Assembly: GCA_012295275.1 (NCBI GenBank)
Contig: CM022667.1
Coordinates: forward strand, 21,390,001-21,454,000
Source of the DNA: Chrysomallon squamiferum
Taxonomy: Eukaryota > Animalia > Mollusca
DNA: 64,000 bases
Direction of reading: 5' to 3'
Shown: one piece after another, positions 1 through 14,770 of the stretch
Layout: each line of letters begins with the position of its first letter
Numbering within the stretch: the first letter of the stretch is position 1
The notes under the pieces: generated by a model
What the model was told of the DNA's origin: nothing
Seen by the model: the letters and a program-made list of their open reading frames with translations, nothing else
The model's database searches: none
Made by a program: the position numbers and the translations under genes

Positions 1-819
1 TAATAGAATGAAAGAGACAGAGACGATCATTAAAATACTTTCATCACATACGATGTCGTACACATCAAACAAATAATCTCATGGCTTCCACTTACATCAC
101 GTTTTTAAAAAAGTACAGAAAGGGAAAAGATGTCAATTCGTAACTCAGCATAAATACGAGTCTACCTGATCATAATTTCTACACTACGCAAAGTATTGAT
201 ATTCTGTGAACATCAGAGGCTGTAAAAATAAATAATTTCTTAAAACAGAAATCCTCAGCAGCAGCAGCTATTTTATTTCACAGAATGTTTACGTGTATCA
301 GAAGTATCAAGGTCTGTGTCAAATTTTAATTAATTAGTTTTAGTAATTTATTTAAGCTTATTGTTAATTTTGCTTATTCAGTACGCTTGTTCGGTCGGAT
401 TATTTCAGATTCTGGTTTCGCGGGTTTCAGTTGCTGAATACAATGGGAACTAATGGAGTTCCTGATTTTATCCAAGGCAAACTACACAACACAGAAAAAA
501 AGAAAAAAAGTAAAGAAAATGAGAGTGAAAAAAAAAAAAGATGTTTAGCTACACATAAATGTATAATAATTACTGTTTGAAGAAAAATGACTCAACCAGT
601 GTTTAATAAATAGGATATATATATATTTTTTTTTTTAGAATTCAAACCATCTCTTATTATTTACATGTGATTCTCACAAACAACATCTACTTCATCTCTG
701 TGACGAGCCTGAAGATAAATGTTTGGATACGAAAACACATCATCTTTCATCATGTGACCAGATTACTCCCCCCCCCTTCCATCTCGTCAACAGTATAACT
801 GTAATTGATAAAAAAAGGC

Positions 820-2145
820 TTTCGACTATATAACTGAAGTTAACATAAAACTATTAACAAATAACTGTTATTGATACAAAACTATGAACAATATAGCTGT
901 AGTTGATTCAAAACTATGAACAATATAGCTGAAGTTGATACAAAAATATGAATAATATAGTTGTAGTTGATGCAAAACTATCAACAATATAGCCGTAGTT
1001 GATATAAAACTATGAACAATATGACTGTAGTAGATACAAAACTATGAATAATATGACTGTAGTTGACACAAACTATCAATATAGCTGTAGTTGATACAAA
1101 ACTACGAATAATATGACTGCTGTTGATTCAAAACTATCAACAATATGACTGTAGTTAATATAAAACTATCAACAATATAGCTGTAGTTGATACAAAACTA
1201 TGAACAATATGACTGTAGCTGATACAAAACTATGAATAATATGACTGTAGTTGATACAAAACAATATAACTGTAGTTGATATAAAACTATCAACAATATA
1301 GCTGTAGTTGATACAAAACAATGAACAATATGACTAGTTGATGCAAAACTATCAACAATATAGCTGTAGTTGATACAAAGCTATGAACAATATAGCTGTA
1401 GTTGACAGAACAGTGTGTACAATATGACTGTAGTTGATACAAAACTGTCATCAATATGACTGTAGTTGATAGAAAACAATGAACAATATTACCGTAATTG
1501 ATACAAAACTATGAACGCTATAACTGTGTGACATAAAACAATCATCACTATAACTGCACAAAGCTATCACTATAACTGCACAAAGCTATCACTATAACTG
1601 CACAAAGCTATCACTATAACTGCACAAAGCTATCACTATAAGTGCACAAAGCTATCACTATAAGTGCACAAAGCTATCACTATAACTGCACAAAGCTATC
1701 ACTATAAGTGCACAAAGCTATCACTATAAGTGCACAAAGCTATCACTATAACTGCACAAAGCTATCACTATAACTGCACAAAGCTATCACTATAACTGCA
1801 CAAAGCTATCACTATAACTGCACAAAGCTATCACTATAAGTGCACAAAGCTATCACTATAAGTGCACAAAGCTATCACTATAAGTGCACAAAGCTATCGA
1901 CAGTATAATTGGTTGATACAAAATTATGAACAATATAACTGTAAATAATATAGAACTATCAAAAATATTAACTAGTTAATACAAAACAGTCAACAATATA
2001 GCTATAGTTGATGCAAAATTAAGAACAATATAACTGTAATTGATACACAATATCAACTATATTAACTAATTAAAAATATATCAACAGTATGGTTGAAGTT
2101 GATATAAAACTATCAGCAATATAACTGTAGTTGATGCAAAACTAG
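820..2145. repeat. Imperfect 32-bp minisatellite (aatatagctgtagttgatacaaaactatgaac), interrupted by the 22-bp array
   Basis: Period 32 (unit starts at 890 and 922); resumes after 1900. Confidence 0.9.
1543..1898. repeat. 22-bp minisatellite (gctatcactataa[c/g]tgcacaaa), about 16 copies
   Basis: Period 22 (1563, 1585, ...), near perfect with one C/G variant position. Confidence 0.95.
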
Positions 2146-2601
2146 ACTGTGGGTAACTGAGCTTGATGTACTGTGCTATCATCAGTAAGTAACGTTACAA
2201 AGTTGATTAAAAACTATTACAATAAAAATAAGAAGTAAATAACTGATGATATTGTCTGGTCTCTAAAACTGTTGCTGCACACAGTTCGTCTCAACAAGTC
2301 TGTGCTTTGTTAAAATTACAAAAAAAGGTTTTTAAAAAGTCGAGACGTTTTATACACTGAATTCATCAAATTACCCAGTCACACGAAGATCACGAGAGTT
2401 TAGCAGACGAACCCTTTCAGTGTGAGCCTGAAGTATGCTACAGAGGCGATGAGGTATTTCCAAACAATGACTGACCTTCTAGACGTTTTACAGCTAACAG
2501 CATTTTTCAAATAGTACTGTATAGTTATATAATGGGAATTATTACGCACAGACACTTAGGAAGATAATAAATCTTAGACTGAATAGATTGCACTTTCTAT
2601 G

Positions 2602-2604
<3 letters not shown>

Positions 2605-2672
<68 letters not shown>
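2605..2672. repeat. (GA)n microsatellite
   Basis: Seen directly. Confidence 0.97.
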
Positions 2673-2675
<3 letters not shown>

Positions 2676-3915
2676 AAATTACTAATTCAAAGCAATATTC
2701 TGCAGAATTCATTTCATATACATATATAGTATGTTGTTGCATTGTTTATATTATATTGCTAAATTAATTCACTTTTGCACACATTGCAAATTCATGTACG
2801 TACATAACAACAAGACTCGCATACTGTCAATAATAAACTATCGTTAACGATCTCCGTGTACTATTCACAGAATTTTACAATATCATAACTTTACGTTGTT
2901 TAATAGATATACCTCATATTTATTACTTCACGAAAGTATAATCTTAAAATTATCACACAGTATTACGAATGATATCATTGCAATTATTTAAAAAAAAAAA
3001 AAAAAATATTTCTTTTGAAACTGACTCATTTGGTAAAATTTTTTAAACAAAAAATATTATATATCCATACTGTTTTTAATCTGTAGAAACTTATTATTAT
3101 ATTACTGTATCTGAGTTATAATATTTTGGAAATATTAAATATGCTGATGAAACGAAACCGTTGATTAACAAAGTTCTTAGATAAACACAAATCTATACAT
3201 ACTGTGATGTAGACACTATGGAATCTACATACTGTTTTATCAGACCTATTGATAAAGTGTCAAAGAGAAAATATTGCTGCCTACAGATGAACTGTTCGGT
3301 TAGCATATACTGGTCTTTGATCTACATCTACCCACAGCCGTCAAAAACAAACTATAATAAACCATCTGAGAAAAGACAGTAGAAACCTTACAAGATAAAA
3401 AAGAGATTTTTTGTTAAGATTCCTCCTCGTTGTAGTGTTTATACAAGACTCAGAAAGAATAACAATAAATTTTCTAAACAGAAAATGACACTAAATAGCT
3501 GAAATACATTATCTGTCTTAGATGAAAACAATTTTAAAATCGCGGAATGCACGCGAAAATCAAATTAGTTACTGAATTAATATAATAAAAACAGTAATAT
3601 TACAGTTTATCTGCGTCTCATATAATTAATTTTCAGAGACAAATTTGTACTGAATGTACACTGACACATTTTAGAAACACTTTGCAGCTGGAAACCAAAG
3701 GTAATAATACTTGATGACATAACGAGCTAAAACTGAGAACGAAGCCCACGAAAAAGAAGCCAGAAAAGTGTGGAGGTCACGTACAACTAATAATAGAAGT
3801 TGACTGATTGACACTGGTATGTTACAGTACTGTCAAAGTTAGAAATTAGAATACATTTTTGTTTATTAAATAACTTGTTTATATGATATTTTTCCCCTCT
3901 CTAATTTTTTCTCTA

Positions 3916-6190
3916 ACTGATCATAGTAAACAGATAAAGTAAGAATCAGCTACACTTTTCAAAGAAAACAGATAAAGTAAGAATCAGCTACACTGATCAT
4001 AGTAAACAGATAAATAAGAATCAGCTACACTGATCATAGTAAACAGATAAATAAGAATCAGCTACTCTAATCATAGTAAACAGATAAAGTAAGAATCAGC
4101 TACTCTTTCATAGAAAACAGATAAAGTAAGAATCAGCTACACTTTTCATAGAAAACAAAGTAAGAATCTGCTACTCTGATCATAGTAAACAGATAAAGTA
4201 AGAATCAGCTACACTGATCATAGAAAACAGATAAAGTAAGAATCAGCTACACTGATCATAGTAAACAAAGTAAGAATCAGCTACTCTGATCATAGAAAAC
4301 AGATAAAGTAAGAATCAGCTACACTGATCATAGTAAACAAAGTAAGAATCTGCTACTCTGATCATAGAAAACAGATAAAGTAAGAATAAAACTATCTAAA
4401 CAGATAATGAGAACAGTACTCTGATCATAGAAAACAGATAAAGTAAGAATCAGCTACTCTGATCATAGAAAACAGATAAAGTAAGAATAAACTACTCTGA
4501 TCATAGTAAACAGATAAAGTAAGAATAAACTACTCTAATCACAGTAAACAGATAAAGTAAGAACCAGCTACTCTGATCGTAGAAAACAGATAAAGTGAGA
4601 ATCAGCTACTCTGATCGTAGAAAACAGATAAAGTGAGAATCAGCTACTCTGATCGTAGAAAACAGATAAAGTAAGAATCAGCTACTCTGATCGTAGAAAA
4701 CAGATAAAGTAAGAATCAGCTACTCTGATCACAGAAAACAGATAAAGTAAGAATCAACTACTCTGATCACAGTAAACAGATAAAGTAAGAATCAGCTACT
4801 CTGATCACAGTAAACAGATAAAGTAAGAATCAACTACTCTGATCACAGTAAACAGATAAAGTAAGAATCAGCTACTCTGATCGTAGTAAACAGATAAAGT
4901 GAGAATCAGCTACTCTGATCGTAGAAAACAGATAAAGTGAGAATCAGACTCTGATAGAAAACAGATAAAGTAAGAATCAGCTACTCTGATCGTAGAAAAC
5001 AGATAAAGTAAGAAACAGATCACAGAAAACAGATAAAGTAAGAATCAACTACTCTGATCACAGTAAACAGATAAAGTAAGAATCAGCTACTCTGATCACA
5101 GTAAACAGATAAAGTAAGAATCAGCTACTCTGATCACAGTAAACAGATAAAGTAAGAATCAGCTACTCTGATCATAGTAAACAAAGTAAGAATCAGCTAC
5201 TCTGATCATAGTAAACAGATAAAGTAAGAATCAGCTACTCTAATCACAGTAAACAGATAAAGTAAGAACCAGCTACTCTGATCATAGAAAACAGATAAAG
5301 TAAGAACCAGCTACTCTGATCATAGAAAACAGATAAAGTAAGAATCAGCTACACTGATCACAGAAAACAGATAAAGTAAGAATCAACTACTCTGATCAAA
5401 GTAAACAGATAAAGTAAGAACCAGCTACTCTGATCATAGAAAACAGATAAAGTGAGAACCAGCTACTCTGATCATAGAAAACAGATAAAGTGAGAACCAG
5501 CTACTCTGATCATAGAAAACAGATAAAGTGAGAACCAGCTACTCTGATCATAGAAAACAGATAAAGTAAGAATCAGCTACACTGATCACAGAAAACAGAT
5601 AAAGTAAGAATCAGCTACTCTGATCACAGTAAACAGATAAAGTAAGAACCAGCTACTCTGATCATAGAAAACAGATAAAGTGAGAACCAGCTACTCTGAT
5701 CATAGAAAACAGATAAAGTAAGAATCAGCTACACTGATCACAGAAAACAGATAAAGTAAGAATCAGCTACTCTGATCACATTAAACAGATAAAGTAAGAA
5801 TCAGCTACTCTGATCACAGTAAACAGATAAAGTAAGAATCAACTACTCTGATCATAGAAAACAGATAAAGTAAGAATCAGCTACTCTGATCATAGTAAAC
5901 AGATAAAGTAAGAATCAGCTACTCTGATCATAGAAAACAGATAAAGTAAGAATCAGCTACTCTGATCATAGTAAACAGATAAAGTAAGAATCAACTACTC
6001 TGATCATAGAAAACAGATAAAGTAAGAATCAGCTACTCTGATCATAGAAAACAGATAAAGTAAGAATCAACTACTCTGATCATAGAAAACAGATAAAGTA
6101 AGAATCAGCTACTCTGATCATAGAAAACAGATAAAGTAAGAATCAGCTACTCTGATCATAGAAAACAGATAAAGTAAGAATCAGCTACAT
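3916..6190. repeat. 38-bp minisatellite (ctactctgatcatagaaaacagataaagtaagaatcag), about 60 copies
   Basis: Period 38 (5881, 5919, ...); interspersed variant units. Confidence 0.97.
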
Positions 6191-6319
6191 AACACTGCTC
6201 TCATCTCAGCTTGACTCTCTTCTGTTTCCAGTGTTTTTAGTACAGAACACACAAAGGCGAACTCTCTCTGTTTCATGAAAACACAGATTCTCATCTTTTA
6301 TAATCCATATAATACTGAA

Positions 6320-7020
6320 TAATGCAACTACCGCTACTACTTCTACTGCAACTACTATTACTATTGCTGCTACTTACAACAATAATAATTTAAAAATGTC
6401 GTTGTGAGGTGGTGATGGTATTAGTAGTAGTCGTAGTAGTAGTAGCAGTAGTAGTAGTAGCAGTAGTAATAGCAGTTGTAGTAATAATTACGGTGACTAG
6501 TAGTAGTAATGGCAGTGGTAGTAGTTGTAGTATTAGTAGTAGTACTAGTAGTCGTATTTGTATTAATAATTGCGGTGAGTAGTATAGTTGTAATGTTAGA
6601 GTAGTTGTAGTAGTAGTAATAGTAGTAGTAGTATAGTCGTGGTAGCTGTACTAATAATTACAGGGAGTAGTAGTAATCTCAGTAGTTGTAGTAACAGTTG
6701 CAGAAGAAGTAGTTGTAGTTGTATTAACTGAATTCTACTAAACGTAGTATTAGTGATAGTAGCAGAAGTAGAAGCTGCTGTGGCTCTAGTATTCACTCTC
6801 GCATTAGTAGTACTAATCTCAATAACAACATAGCAATAATGAAAATGGCAGTAGTGGTAGTAGCAGCCATTGAAGCAGTTGCACTGAAGTAGTAGAGGCA
6901 GTAGTAACGGTTGTACTGTCAGTAACAGAAGCAGTAGATTAATTTTGCTGACTGAAAAGTGAAAGTAGGTTGTGGCTGTTTCGTGGTGGCAGTAGTAACA
7001 ATAGCTGTACTAGAGTTATA
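6320..7020. repeat. Degenerate (GTA/TAG)n low-complexity tract
   Basis: Interrupted agt/gta trinucleotide runs. Confidence 0.8.
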
Positions 7021-7749
7021 GTTCAATAATCAGTTGTTATCAGTTGTTGTTTGGTGTCACTAATCAATAACGTGTCTGGGCGACGGAAATAATTAACATT
7101 AACGAGGAAGTACAAAATAGATTTAAACTTCAATGTTTGACATCCGTCGAAATCACACCATCAGTTTATCGATGAGTAGCACTGAGAACATATTCTTTCT
7201 TATCTTTCCTCATTAATCCGTGAGTGGTTAATAGGATAGAGAAGTGATTTTAAGCAAAATAATTATATCCTAACTCAACAATGCTTGAAGCGTCCCCTTC
7301 CACAAATGTGAGTAGGAAGTCAAAATGCCCTTTTAAAAAAATGTTTTATTTGTAGAATTCTCTGTGATGCCTGAAGACATTTATAATATTTGCATTGAAA
7401 AAAATTGTTTTTAATATGATAAAGATAATCACAAGAAACCAGGAAGCCATAATTATGTGGCGAATATGTTCTTAAAGCCGTTCAGAAGTAAGCTTTAGAT
7501 GGCAGTGAGATTTTTATTATTATTATTATTATTATTATTAATTTATTTATTTATTTATTTATTTAATACTGTTTTTTAATTTATTTTTGTGTCTGAATGA
7601 ACATCATACATATACGATCCCCTATAAACCCACACTTACACACGCAACCTATCAGTTCTAAGGATATGTAAAACTGACAAATCACTGACGTAGTTTTAAT
7701 AACATGTTAAATAATATAAAAATATTTTAAAATAAGAACAAAATCTTGA

Positions 7750-9000
7750 TAGTGAATATTTGTCTAAATTACACTTATTCTTATCAGGTATTGATTTCGG
7801 GGGCGGATCAGTTACGAAATTATTGAAGCTTCAGGGCGCCTAACCCAAGAGGAACGCAGAAGCGATTTTAGTTTGCTTCAAAATTTTAATCCAGATCTTA
7901 GATGGTTCAATTTTTTAAAATTTATAGTGATCTGTCATGAAAGAAGCCCTCTAAAGAAGAAAACCGTGGTTGCCCAAACCTTGTTGTTGTCTGTGAAAGG
8001 CCTCAGTAGCACTTCAAAATTCAGTGTCCAAACCTGCTCAGACGTATGATGTTGTCTGTGAAAGGCCTCAGTAGCACTTCAAAATTCAGTGTCCAAACCT
8101 GCTCAGACGTGTGATGTTGTCTGTGAAAGGCCTCAGTAGCACTTCAAAATTCAGTGTCCAAACCTGCTCAGACGTATGATGTTGTCTGTGAAAGGCCTCA
8201 GTAGCACTTCAAAATTCAGTGTCCAAACTGCTCAGACGTATGATGTTGTCTGTGAAAGGCCTCAGTAGCACTTCAAAATTCAGTGTCCAAACTGCTCAGA
8301 CGTACGATGTTGTTTTTTATTATGGAATATAACGCGAGAGTTTTAAAATCTTGCGACAGTCAGTGGGTTACCGACTAGCAGCAGTATATTTTTTACATAA
8401 CTTCCCATAAGCAGGAAAGCACATGCCACTGCTTTTGACAGAATGAATTTGCCATGCATGAAACCGGGACTGGAGTGGTAAATGTTCCAGTAGACGTATT
8501 GACGATTATGTAAAGCAAATTATTATCTCTTATTCGTCTTCAAGGACATTTAGAATAACAAGAAATATTTATTTTCTCGTGATACTAAGCGTACCAATTA
8601 TTACTTGAAATCAACTCATCCAACTGCTATTTTCAAGTTTACACGCAGTTATTGTTCAGAATCCACGGCGGCTACCAGAAAGTAATCTGCTAGAAAATCA
8701 GCTTCACTTATCAGAATTCACAATGTTTTCATGCTAGAAATTTACAGATTTCAGTAATTACTAGCCGCTGCTCAAAAGCTTGATTCATTGACATCGTGTC
8801 TTTAATAGACGCCTGAACGAGACGAGTGTAAACAGTTCTAAATCTCTCGCTGTACTCACTCCAGCGTTTACAGATTTCTCTCAGCACGCGTTTTCCAAAT
8901 AATACAAAAATCTTGCAAATCGCATAAAGCATGCACAACCTGCAAGGAAATGAACACTGATAACATTTTTTTGTTTGTTTATTTTACTGACGAAACTAAT
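7750..9000 (-). mobile_element. Decayed mariner transposase remnant
   Basis: Minus-strand fragments in the expected order: N-terminal HTH-like ORF 8729-8938, IYCC, RVIFHNKKTTSY (cf. VIFHHDNA), TLNFEVLLRPF (cf. LGFEVLPHPPY), WATTVFFFRGL (cf. LAPSDFFLFRSL). Boundaries approximate. Confidence 0.6.
7985..8312. repeat. 65-bp tandem repeat, 5 copies
   Basis: ctgtgaaagg recurs at 7991, 8056, 8121, 8186 and 8250; the last two copies share a 1-bp deletion. Confidence 0.95.
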
Positions 9001-9829
9001 AAATTAATCAATAATGTCTGTGATCACAGCTTCTTGACGACATTTTTGTTGTAAAATTGTTCAACGTAAAAAAATATTTTCTGTGATCTTCGCTTTCTCT
9101 AAACGTCATTAGACAAGGATTATTACGGTGGGGGGGAGGCGCGTACAGAGCGCGCTTGTTGCTGAGTAGTTGTTTCTTTTTTCTTTAATTAGTCGCTAAT
9201 AAGTCTCAAGACATCACCAGCTCATAGAACCAGTTTCTATTATTTTCCCATTACTTTTAACATTCCAGTGTTCATACTGTGAAAGTATTTAGTTTTTAAT
9301 TAAGTTTAGTGTAGACTATTTCTGTTAGCATGCATCTCCAACTGATAATTAACCAGAAATATTACTACAATTACTACTGCTACTAGAACTACTGCTGCTA
9401 CTACTACCACCTACTACTGCTACTACTATCACTACTACTGCTACTTCTAATATTAATACTAATAATTATAAAACAAACAGCAGTCAAGAAGAAAAAATAA
9501 ACGAGACATACAAAAAAAAAAGAATCTGAAATACCAGGATAAACAATATAAATAAAAAGTATCCAACATCTACACAAAACTCTTTAACAGACAAAAACGT
9601 GACACTTAACGTTAATAATATTCACGTTGCACTTGTAATACATATAATCATATTATAATGTAATCTATATTCACTGAAACATGAAGAAATCAGAACTTGT
9701 TATTTTATAAAGAAAATCATTTATTCATGTATTTCAGATATAATGAGTTTCCAGGACTGAGATCTGTATGTTTATACAAACTGAGAATACTCATTACAAA
9801 ATGAGACAAAAATGTGATTTTTTTTTTAT

Positions 9830-9855
9830 ATAATAATAATAATAATAACAACAAC

Positions 9856-9908
<53 letters not shown>
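9830..9908. repeat. (TAA)n microsatellite
   Basis: Seen directly, with a short (CAA) interruption. Confidence 0.95.
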
Positions 9909-9912
<4 letters not shown>

Positions 9913-10029
9913 GTAAATAAAATAAATATAAAATAAAATAAATATGTCAACAATAAAATATTTATGACATAACTGTTTATTTGGTCAACATCATAGTGAC
10001 TTCGTTATCATCACTGAATTGTTATGCTT

Positions 10030-10450
10030 GTTTCAGTTGTTTTTTGTAACATGGTTGTTCTTGTTACTGTTGTCGCCATGTTGGAATAACACAGTACCGT
10101 TATGGACTATCACAGGATACAGAACTGAAGACATACGTGAACCCAATTTGCATAAATAGTTGTGATTTGTATACACTGTCGCTGCAATCAAACATTGAAA
10201 GATGGTCGCTAATGGAAGCAAATTTGTCGATTTCATACTTGGTCGAAATCTCGCCATATTCATCAGTGCAAACAAAACAGCGAAAATAATTTGCAGCAAG
10301 AGAGCCAGGCTAAATCTTGGAAAAAGAATTAAACAAACTCCGAGGCGCTCTTTCAAATTTTGTTTGACCTTAACAAAACATTATCCTCAAAGTGGCCATG
10401 GAGGTGGGTAGCGTGAATCCTGGCAATCGCTGCAGTGCATTGTGGGCTTC
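10030..10450 (+). mobile_element. Decayed Tc1-like transposase fragment
   Basis: Frameshifted NIILKVA/HGGG/SV resembles the Tc1 motif TVKHGGGSVMVWG, preceded by SWKKN*TNSEALFQILF (cf. WKKVLWSDESKF). Confidence 0.42.
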
Positions 10451-11338
10451 TTTTTCATTTGTAGTATTCATTACACTAGTACCCTTAGCCAAGCACTGGA
10501 ATATATATATATGTACTGAAGTTCTCAAAACAAACCTAGTATTCTCTTGTAAACTTAAAATATCGTCACATGGTTCTAAAATTTAACCGTTTTACTTATA
10601 TTTTTGATGAATTAATTTTTTAATGAAACCTTTGATAACCTAGTACATGTCATTTATTAGACGCATATTAATGTGGTTAATCTAACAAGAGGAATATTAC
10701 TTTTTTACCGTTTAAAACGTAAATAGCAAATAGAAGAAAATAAACGACATTTAGTAAAGTATGAGAGTACATATCTAAGGTATGTGCTGCACCTACTTAA
10801 CTTCATAACATAGCTGTAAAAGTCCCACTAGGAAGACGGTAAACTATTTTATTTTCCTTATATATGAAGACCAGACAAAACAATAGCAGTCTTTTTCTCC
10901 ACGTTTTCGTTATACTTTATTACACTTTTATGATGTACCAAATGTCATAAACATATTCAAATAGTGACATTAATGGCAGCACGTGGCCATAAATCGTGAT
11001 ACTCCAGCTCGATTCAGTCTGTGTTATAACGGGTTCTTTCGCCCTGCTAATAATGTTTTAGTTATACTACTAGAAAGTAATGTTTTCCCGTCAGTATATA
11101 ATAAAATACTGAAAAAAGAAAATTTGGTTTCTAATGAGGTTGGTGGCCATCAGTAACCGAGAAGAAAAGATGTTTCTCTAAATAATCACCTGTACTGAGT
11201 TCACTACAAGGAAGTCTAAGAGGTATCGTTTTCCTAATATGATTTATAGAATCGTATTTACTTTCTAGGAAAAATAATATACTGATCGTATGTGTTACTA
11301 AAGGAAGCATTCGATAAAAATGTTTACAGTTCATTATG

Positions 11339-11450
<112 letters not shown>

Positions 11451-12623
11451 TGAATGGCCTAAATTATTAGTTATATTTGGACTTTTGAAGGATGTTGCAT
11501 AATGTACCGAGTATTTTGAGAAGTGCATAATCTCTCGGTAAGGTTACAAAGTTTGTAACCCAAGGGATCGTCTGCCTAGAAAGTACGTGCAAATATAATG
11601 TGACATTTACAACGCTTTCTCAACCACTGAATTAATGGACAGGAGGTGAGTGATACTGCTCTCCGCCACTGAATTCTTGCATATTCTAATAATGCACTCC
11701 CCAGAGATACATTTAAGTAAAATTACCTTATCTAATGTTGCAGGCGTCAGCAGAAACAGACTTTCAAACTCGACATTTTGTGTAATATTAACTTATCTTC
11801 ATACATAATATTCTAACGTGTCAGCATTGTGTAGCTCGGAACTTCAGACATCGTGTATGACACAGAGATAATTCAGTAATTACACACAAAACATGCTAAG
11901 AAGCAGCGTAGAGGGCGCTTGGTAGTATTCATACACAGAGGCTCTTCTTAAGAAGCCATGATTCTACGATAGTGAATACCATAAAATTGTGAACGTGGCA
12001 TCGTTCATGTGACATATAAAGAGTAAATATAAATCTATACGCTTATAAGCGAGATGTTTTTTCTCTCAGACTATTTACTCGAATCAACCGATGCAGCTCA
12101 GCGCACAGATAACGAAAGTTTAACTAGACACGTACATAACAAAACTATTACAAATACTGACCCTTCAATTGCGAAAGTCTACCTGACATTTAAATTATAA
12201 AAAAAGTCCTTGGTATAAAATATCAACGTTTTACAGAGAAATAAGAATCAAAAGAGCTCTAACATATGGAAATGATTTCGATTTGATTGCAGGCTTTATT
12301 GGATAATAACGTCTTTGAAGTAGTTTCGGGGTTGGAACCTGAGGAAATTACTGAAATACTTTTCTGATTTGTCTAATTGGTGTGTCAGGCGAGCTAAAGG
12401 AATCGATGTCGCTGTGTATCTGCAGTTCTCTTTGGACACGATGTTGTGGTTGTTGGCCAGTAATAGCGACGACTATTCCTTTGTTTATCTTAATCGAAAT
12501 ACAAATATGTGAATCATGTTTTGATGTTATCTTACCTTAAATGTAAGATGAAAAGAACATTTGTGATCAGTAAATAAAGGCAAAACTAGACATAAAACTA
12601 ATTACTTTTATGTCTGAGTAAAT

Positions 12624-12626
<3 letters not shown>

Positions 12627-12717
<91 letters not shown>
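12627..12717. repeat. (TC)n microsatellite
   Basis: Seen directly. Confidence 0.97.
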
Positions 12718-12722
<5 letters not shown>

Positions 12723-14442
12723 ATTCCTTCTCTCATTATATATTCTATCTTTTGTTAAGATCATAGTTCTTATATTATTATCATTATTAATTTTTAAATT
12801 ACTATTATTGTGTTGTTCTTGATATGCTGGTGATATAAATGATGACAGTTTTTAGGTTACTCTCTGTGGCATTTACAGTACTGTTTTCTACTTTCAAACT
12901 TCTTAATACTAAAAGCTTTTAAATGTATCAAGACACTATAGCTGCTAAATAAAGACACTCTTCGATGGAAATAACACAACAAAAGAAAAAGGCACAAATA
13001 TAAGAACTCTATCGAGACTGTGTGACAAAAGATTTCATGTTTTGCAGTATCTGCTGATACGTGTAAGTCTAAAGTTGCAGGCGGCTTACAGTTCATTGTT
13101 TTCAACGTCTTTATTTAACCGAATCTGAGTTTAGTAGAAGGATTTATTTATTTATTTTATTTTATTTTTCTATTATATATTTATTTCATTCTTCCTTTTT
13201 AATTTTTTCTTTGTTGTTATTATTTTAATTTTCTGGTTACGCGACACATGTTTTTCTAGGGTTTGTGGTGTATATGGAAAATGACCATTCTCTTGTCATC
13301 TAATTTAGAATCAAATCAATTTCTCATCTGTTATTGCAAGTCAGATAACAAAATAAGCCGCAGATTGTCTCCGTACAAGAAAATGCATCAATAAATTCAG
13401 CATTCTTGATCGTTATATGTGTCTGTTATCGACAGTGAGGATTTCTAATTCATATATTTCCTTTTTCAAGCTACAAGAACCTTTTAGAAATTCAACATTG
13501 AAAACTGAGACATTTTTGTTGTTTATCTTGTCTTTCAGTGAGGGATTGCCGATATAAATAAATTTGTAAAAATCATGTAAAAAAAACAAATTGTGTAAAA
13601 ATAAGTCAAGTAAAACTTAATTGTCAAAAATATCATGAATTAAAATGATTTACTCTACTAATAATTTTTGTACATAAAGGGTATTAACTTTTAAACATCA
13701 ATACGATCAACTATTTTAATTCAGTAAGAATATTAATAATAATAACGATGATCTTGATCACTGTTTGTCAGAAGAACTGGTTTGTGTTTCCATCATCACG
13801 AGAAGGTGTATATAACAGATTTCTTGTTGCTAATCGACAATGTTTAGTTGCGAGGTTTATTTTCATTATTATACATAAACAGAAATTAATAATTTTACAT
13901 TGTGCTGAGAAGTATTAAACACACTTTCATTACAAGGATACCAATTTTACATTAAAAAACTACATATCTGACACATTTGAACTCACGATGTTTCAATAGC
14001 AGCTACAACAACTTAAACAAAAACGAGTGTCAAAGTAAATTATTGTAATATTCTTTGTACAGCTCACACCAAAAACTCTCTATACAGAAAAGCAAACAAA
14101 TGAAAATAATTATAATCTAAACCACGAGTTCAATTTCTCCAAGATAATACTGCCCTTCTTTGCTTGTAATTGCTCTCTTCAAGTGATTTTCAAATGAGTC
14201 TTTACAGATTATCTTTTAAGTAACACAGAGATAAAAATGTGAAGGGTGTTAACGAGGCCAGTAAGGAGAACTATTTCGTTTCAGTCATCCTGCTAATGAG
14301 TCCATTTCTAAATATATGGAACTGGGCACATGTCATTTCAGATTCGGTGGATGGTGTATGATGTCCAACCATCCGTTACTCCCAGCATCGCGTACATCAG
14401 TCATGTACTTTAAGACCTCTCACTTACATAGAGTTTGCATTA

Positions 14443-14770
14443 ACATACATACATACATACATACAAACATACACATACATGCTTACACACATATATACAT
14501 ACATACACATACATACATACATACATACATACATACACACATACATACATACACACATATAAATAACATACATACATACACATACATACATACACATACA
14601 TACATACACATACATACATACACACATACATATACATACATATATATACATACATACATACATATACATATACATATACATACATACACATACATACATA
14701 CATACATACATACATACACACACACATACATACACACATATACGTATACTTATATGTATATATGTATGTA
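14443..14770. repeat. Compound (TACA)n/(CA)n microsatellite
   Basis: Seen directly. Confidence 0.95.

Noticed and set aside
3916-6190. CRISPR-like appearance of the 38-bp array
   Set aside because: Units are contiguous with no unique spacers, there are no cas genes and the context is eukaryotic.
6596-9953. Leu-rich, signal-peptide-like ORFs at 6596-6796 and 9717-9953
   Set aside because: They come from (GTA)n and (TAA)n low-complexity tracts.
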